From Squalus acanthias (lineage: Eukaryota), in assembly GCA_030390025.1 (NCBI GenBank), contig CM059432.1, forward strand, positions 145,640,001-145,704,000: a DNA stretch of 64,000 bases, read 5' to 3'. The notes beneath the pieces were generated by a model. That model did not search any database. It was not told where the DNA came from and saw nothing but the letters and a program-made list of their open reading frames with translations. Shown one piece after another: positions 62,283 to 64,000 of the stretch; the stretch's first letter is position 1, and every line of letters begins with the position of its first letter. The translations under genes and the position numbers were made by a program.

Positions 62283-62626
62283 AAATTGGATAGCTCTTTC
62301 GAAGAGCCGGCACGAGCATGATGGGCCGAATGGCCTCCTTTTGTGCAGTGTGATTCTATTTCCATATGATTTGACTTGTGATAGAACCTATTTCAGTCAC
62401 ACGGATGTTTATGCCAACAGACTTATAGGAAACAATAATATTGGCACCTAACATTCTGTCTTGAGTGGCACTCCCAGTGTAACGTGCAAAATCAGCTCAG
62501 TAACACAGCTGGGTAAAGAATGGGGAAATGAGCTGGGACCGTATTATCTGTCACCTCATATCAAAACCCGCCCCTGTAAATGCTAGGTCTGCAGCTGCAC
62601 TCTTTTTAACTTTCACATTTGCCAGC

Positions 62627-62818
62627 ACCAACAACAACAACAACTTGTATTTATATAGCGCCTTTAACATAGTAAAACGTCCCAAGGTGCTTCGCAGGAG
62701 CGTAATAAGACAAACAATTTGACACCGAGCCACATAAGCAGAAATTAGGGCAGGTGACCAAAAGTTTGGTCAAAGAGGTAGGTTTTAAGGAGTGTCTTAA
62801 AGGAGGAGAGAGAGGTTA
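62627..62818 (-). mobile_element. L2 3' end with (GTT)n tail
   Basis: Reverse-complement match to 55915-56095. Confidence 0.85.
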
Positions 62819-63496
62819 GAGCACCAGGCCAGATCAAGGGGATGCACCTGCTTGGGATGACACCCTGTTATTGGCCCATTACACCAATCAGCTTGTCCTG
62901 GACAGGCACAGCTCACTTCGGGACACTGCCCCATCCCACCCCAGAGCAGAGGGGAGACAGGGAAATCAGATGCTCATCATTTCTCATCACTTTCAGATGC
63001 GACTCATGCAGACATATGGTGGCGATGGAGTCTCTCAGATGAACTATTGTTATTGGTTATCTTAGCTCCGAAACATTGTACACAGGTCTTTCATCTGCTG
63101 TGTAATTCAGCCTTTAAGGTGAGAGTAAAATTACAGGTCACTTGTCCGAGTCACACATCATCCCGACTTGGATATGTATCACCATTCCTTCATAGTTGCT
63201 GGGTCAAAATCCTGGAACTCCCTACCTAACAGCACGGTGGGAGGACCAAATCAATATGCTGGATTTAAAAAATAAATAAAACGTGGACCAATAGCGAGGA
63301 AATTAAAGCATATTTTCTATTTTTTTTTACTTCTTGTTGATTTATCATTCCCTGTTCATCAGCATCACAAGTAGAAAAACTTCACCCTTTGATTTCCACA
63401 TGTTACATTCAAAACAAAAGCCAAATACTGTGGATGCTGGAAATCTGAAATAAAAAGAGAAAATGCTGGAAATACTCAGCAGGTCAGGCAGCATCT

Positions 63497-63810
63497 CACA
63501 GAATCACAGAATCCCCACAGTGCAGATAAAGGCCATTCCAGCCCATCAAGCCTGCACCGACACATATCCCACCCTATCCCCGTAACCCCACGTATTTAAT
63601 CCCCCTAACACTAAGGGTCAATTTATCATAGCCAAATCAACCTAACCCGCACATCTTTGGACTGTGGGAGGAAACCGGAACACCCGGAGGAAACCTACGC
63701 AGACATGGGGAGAATGTGTAAACTCCACACAGACAGTCACGCGAGGCCGGATTCGAACCCGGGTCCCTGGCGCTGTGAGGCAACAGTGCTAACCACTATG
63801 CCACTGTGTT
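63497..63810 (-). mobile_element. HE1-like V-SINE
   Basis: Near-identical to 15183-15500; TSD GCATCT. Confidence 0.9.
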
Positions 63811-63832
63811 GCATCTGTGGAGAGAGAGACAG

Positions 63833-63869
63833 AGTTAACATTTCAGGTCGATGATCCTTCGTCAGAACT
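63833..63869 (-). ncRNA. Minimal type I hammerhead ribozyme motif in Penelope-like repeat
   Basis: AGUU-CUGACGA-AGGAUC-AUC-GACCU-GAAA-UGUU-AACU: both conserved core boxes, stem II, stem I and a GUU cleavage triplet. Confidence 0.65.
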
Positions 63870-64000
63870 GGAAAAAGTTGGAGATGGAACAGGTTTTTAA
63901 GCAAGTGTAGGGGCAGGGAGAGGGCGGCGGGGAGGAAAGAACAAAAGGGAAGGTCTGTGATAGGGTGGAAGGCAGGAGAGATTAAGAGACAAAAGGGATG

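Larger units (their letters stand above)
57545..62360 (+). mobile_element. Old CR1 3' end split in three pieces (57545-57651, 60137-60213, 62283-62360) by two younger antisense CR1s
   Basis: The pieces rejoin into a continuous CR1 C-terminus and 3' UTR (ATGAGGAGAATCTTTTTTAC..TTTCAAAAGGGAATTGGAT..GGACTAATTGGATAGCTCTTTC..GGGCCGAATGGCCTCC). Confidence 0.7.
63414..64000 (-). mobile_element. Penelope-like terminal region interrupted by HE1-like SINE
   Basis: 63414-63496 and 63811-64000 are the reverse complement of 16580-16822. Confidence 0.85.

Overview
Eukaryotic, repeat-dominated vertebrate DNA. The SINE, CR1 and Penelope complement points to a cartilaginous fish, probably a shark (inference). 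The only host genes I can support are two tandem minus-strand, single-coding-exon GPR141-like orphan GPCR paralogues (17661-18581, 46174-47100). They are almost identical in the N-terminus to TM4 and closely similar in TM6-7, but sharply different in ECL2-TM5-ICL3. The rest is nested mobile DNA: many CR1 LINE copies, L2 fragments, HE1-like and Deu-domain SINEs, and Penelope-like ends carrying minimal hammerhead-ribozyme motifs. There is also an ORF1-less LINE with a tRNA-like Pol III head plus its SINE-like internal-deletion derivative. PIF/Harbinger DNA transposons are abundant: one full-length two-gene element (transposase plus three-exon Myb/SANT partner), several relics, and about seven MITEs, some built from strings of near-perfect hairpins. 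Three minisatellites are present and no CRISPR array. Coordinates and counts were read by eye and boundaries may be off by a few bases; family names come from recalled motifs, not from database searches.
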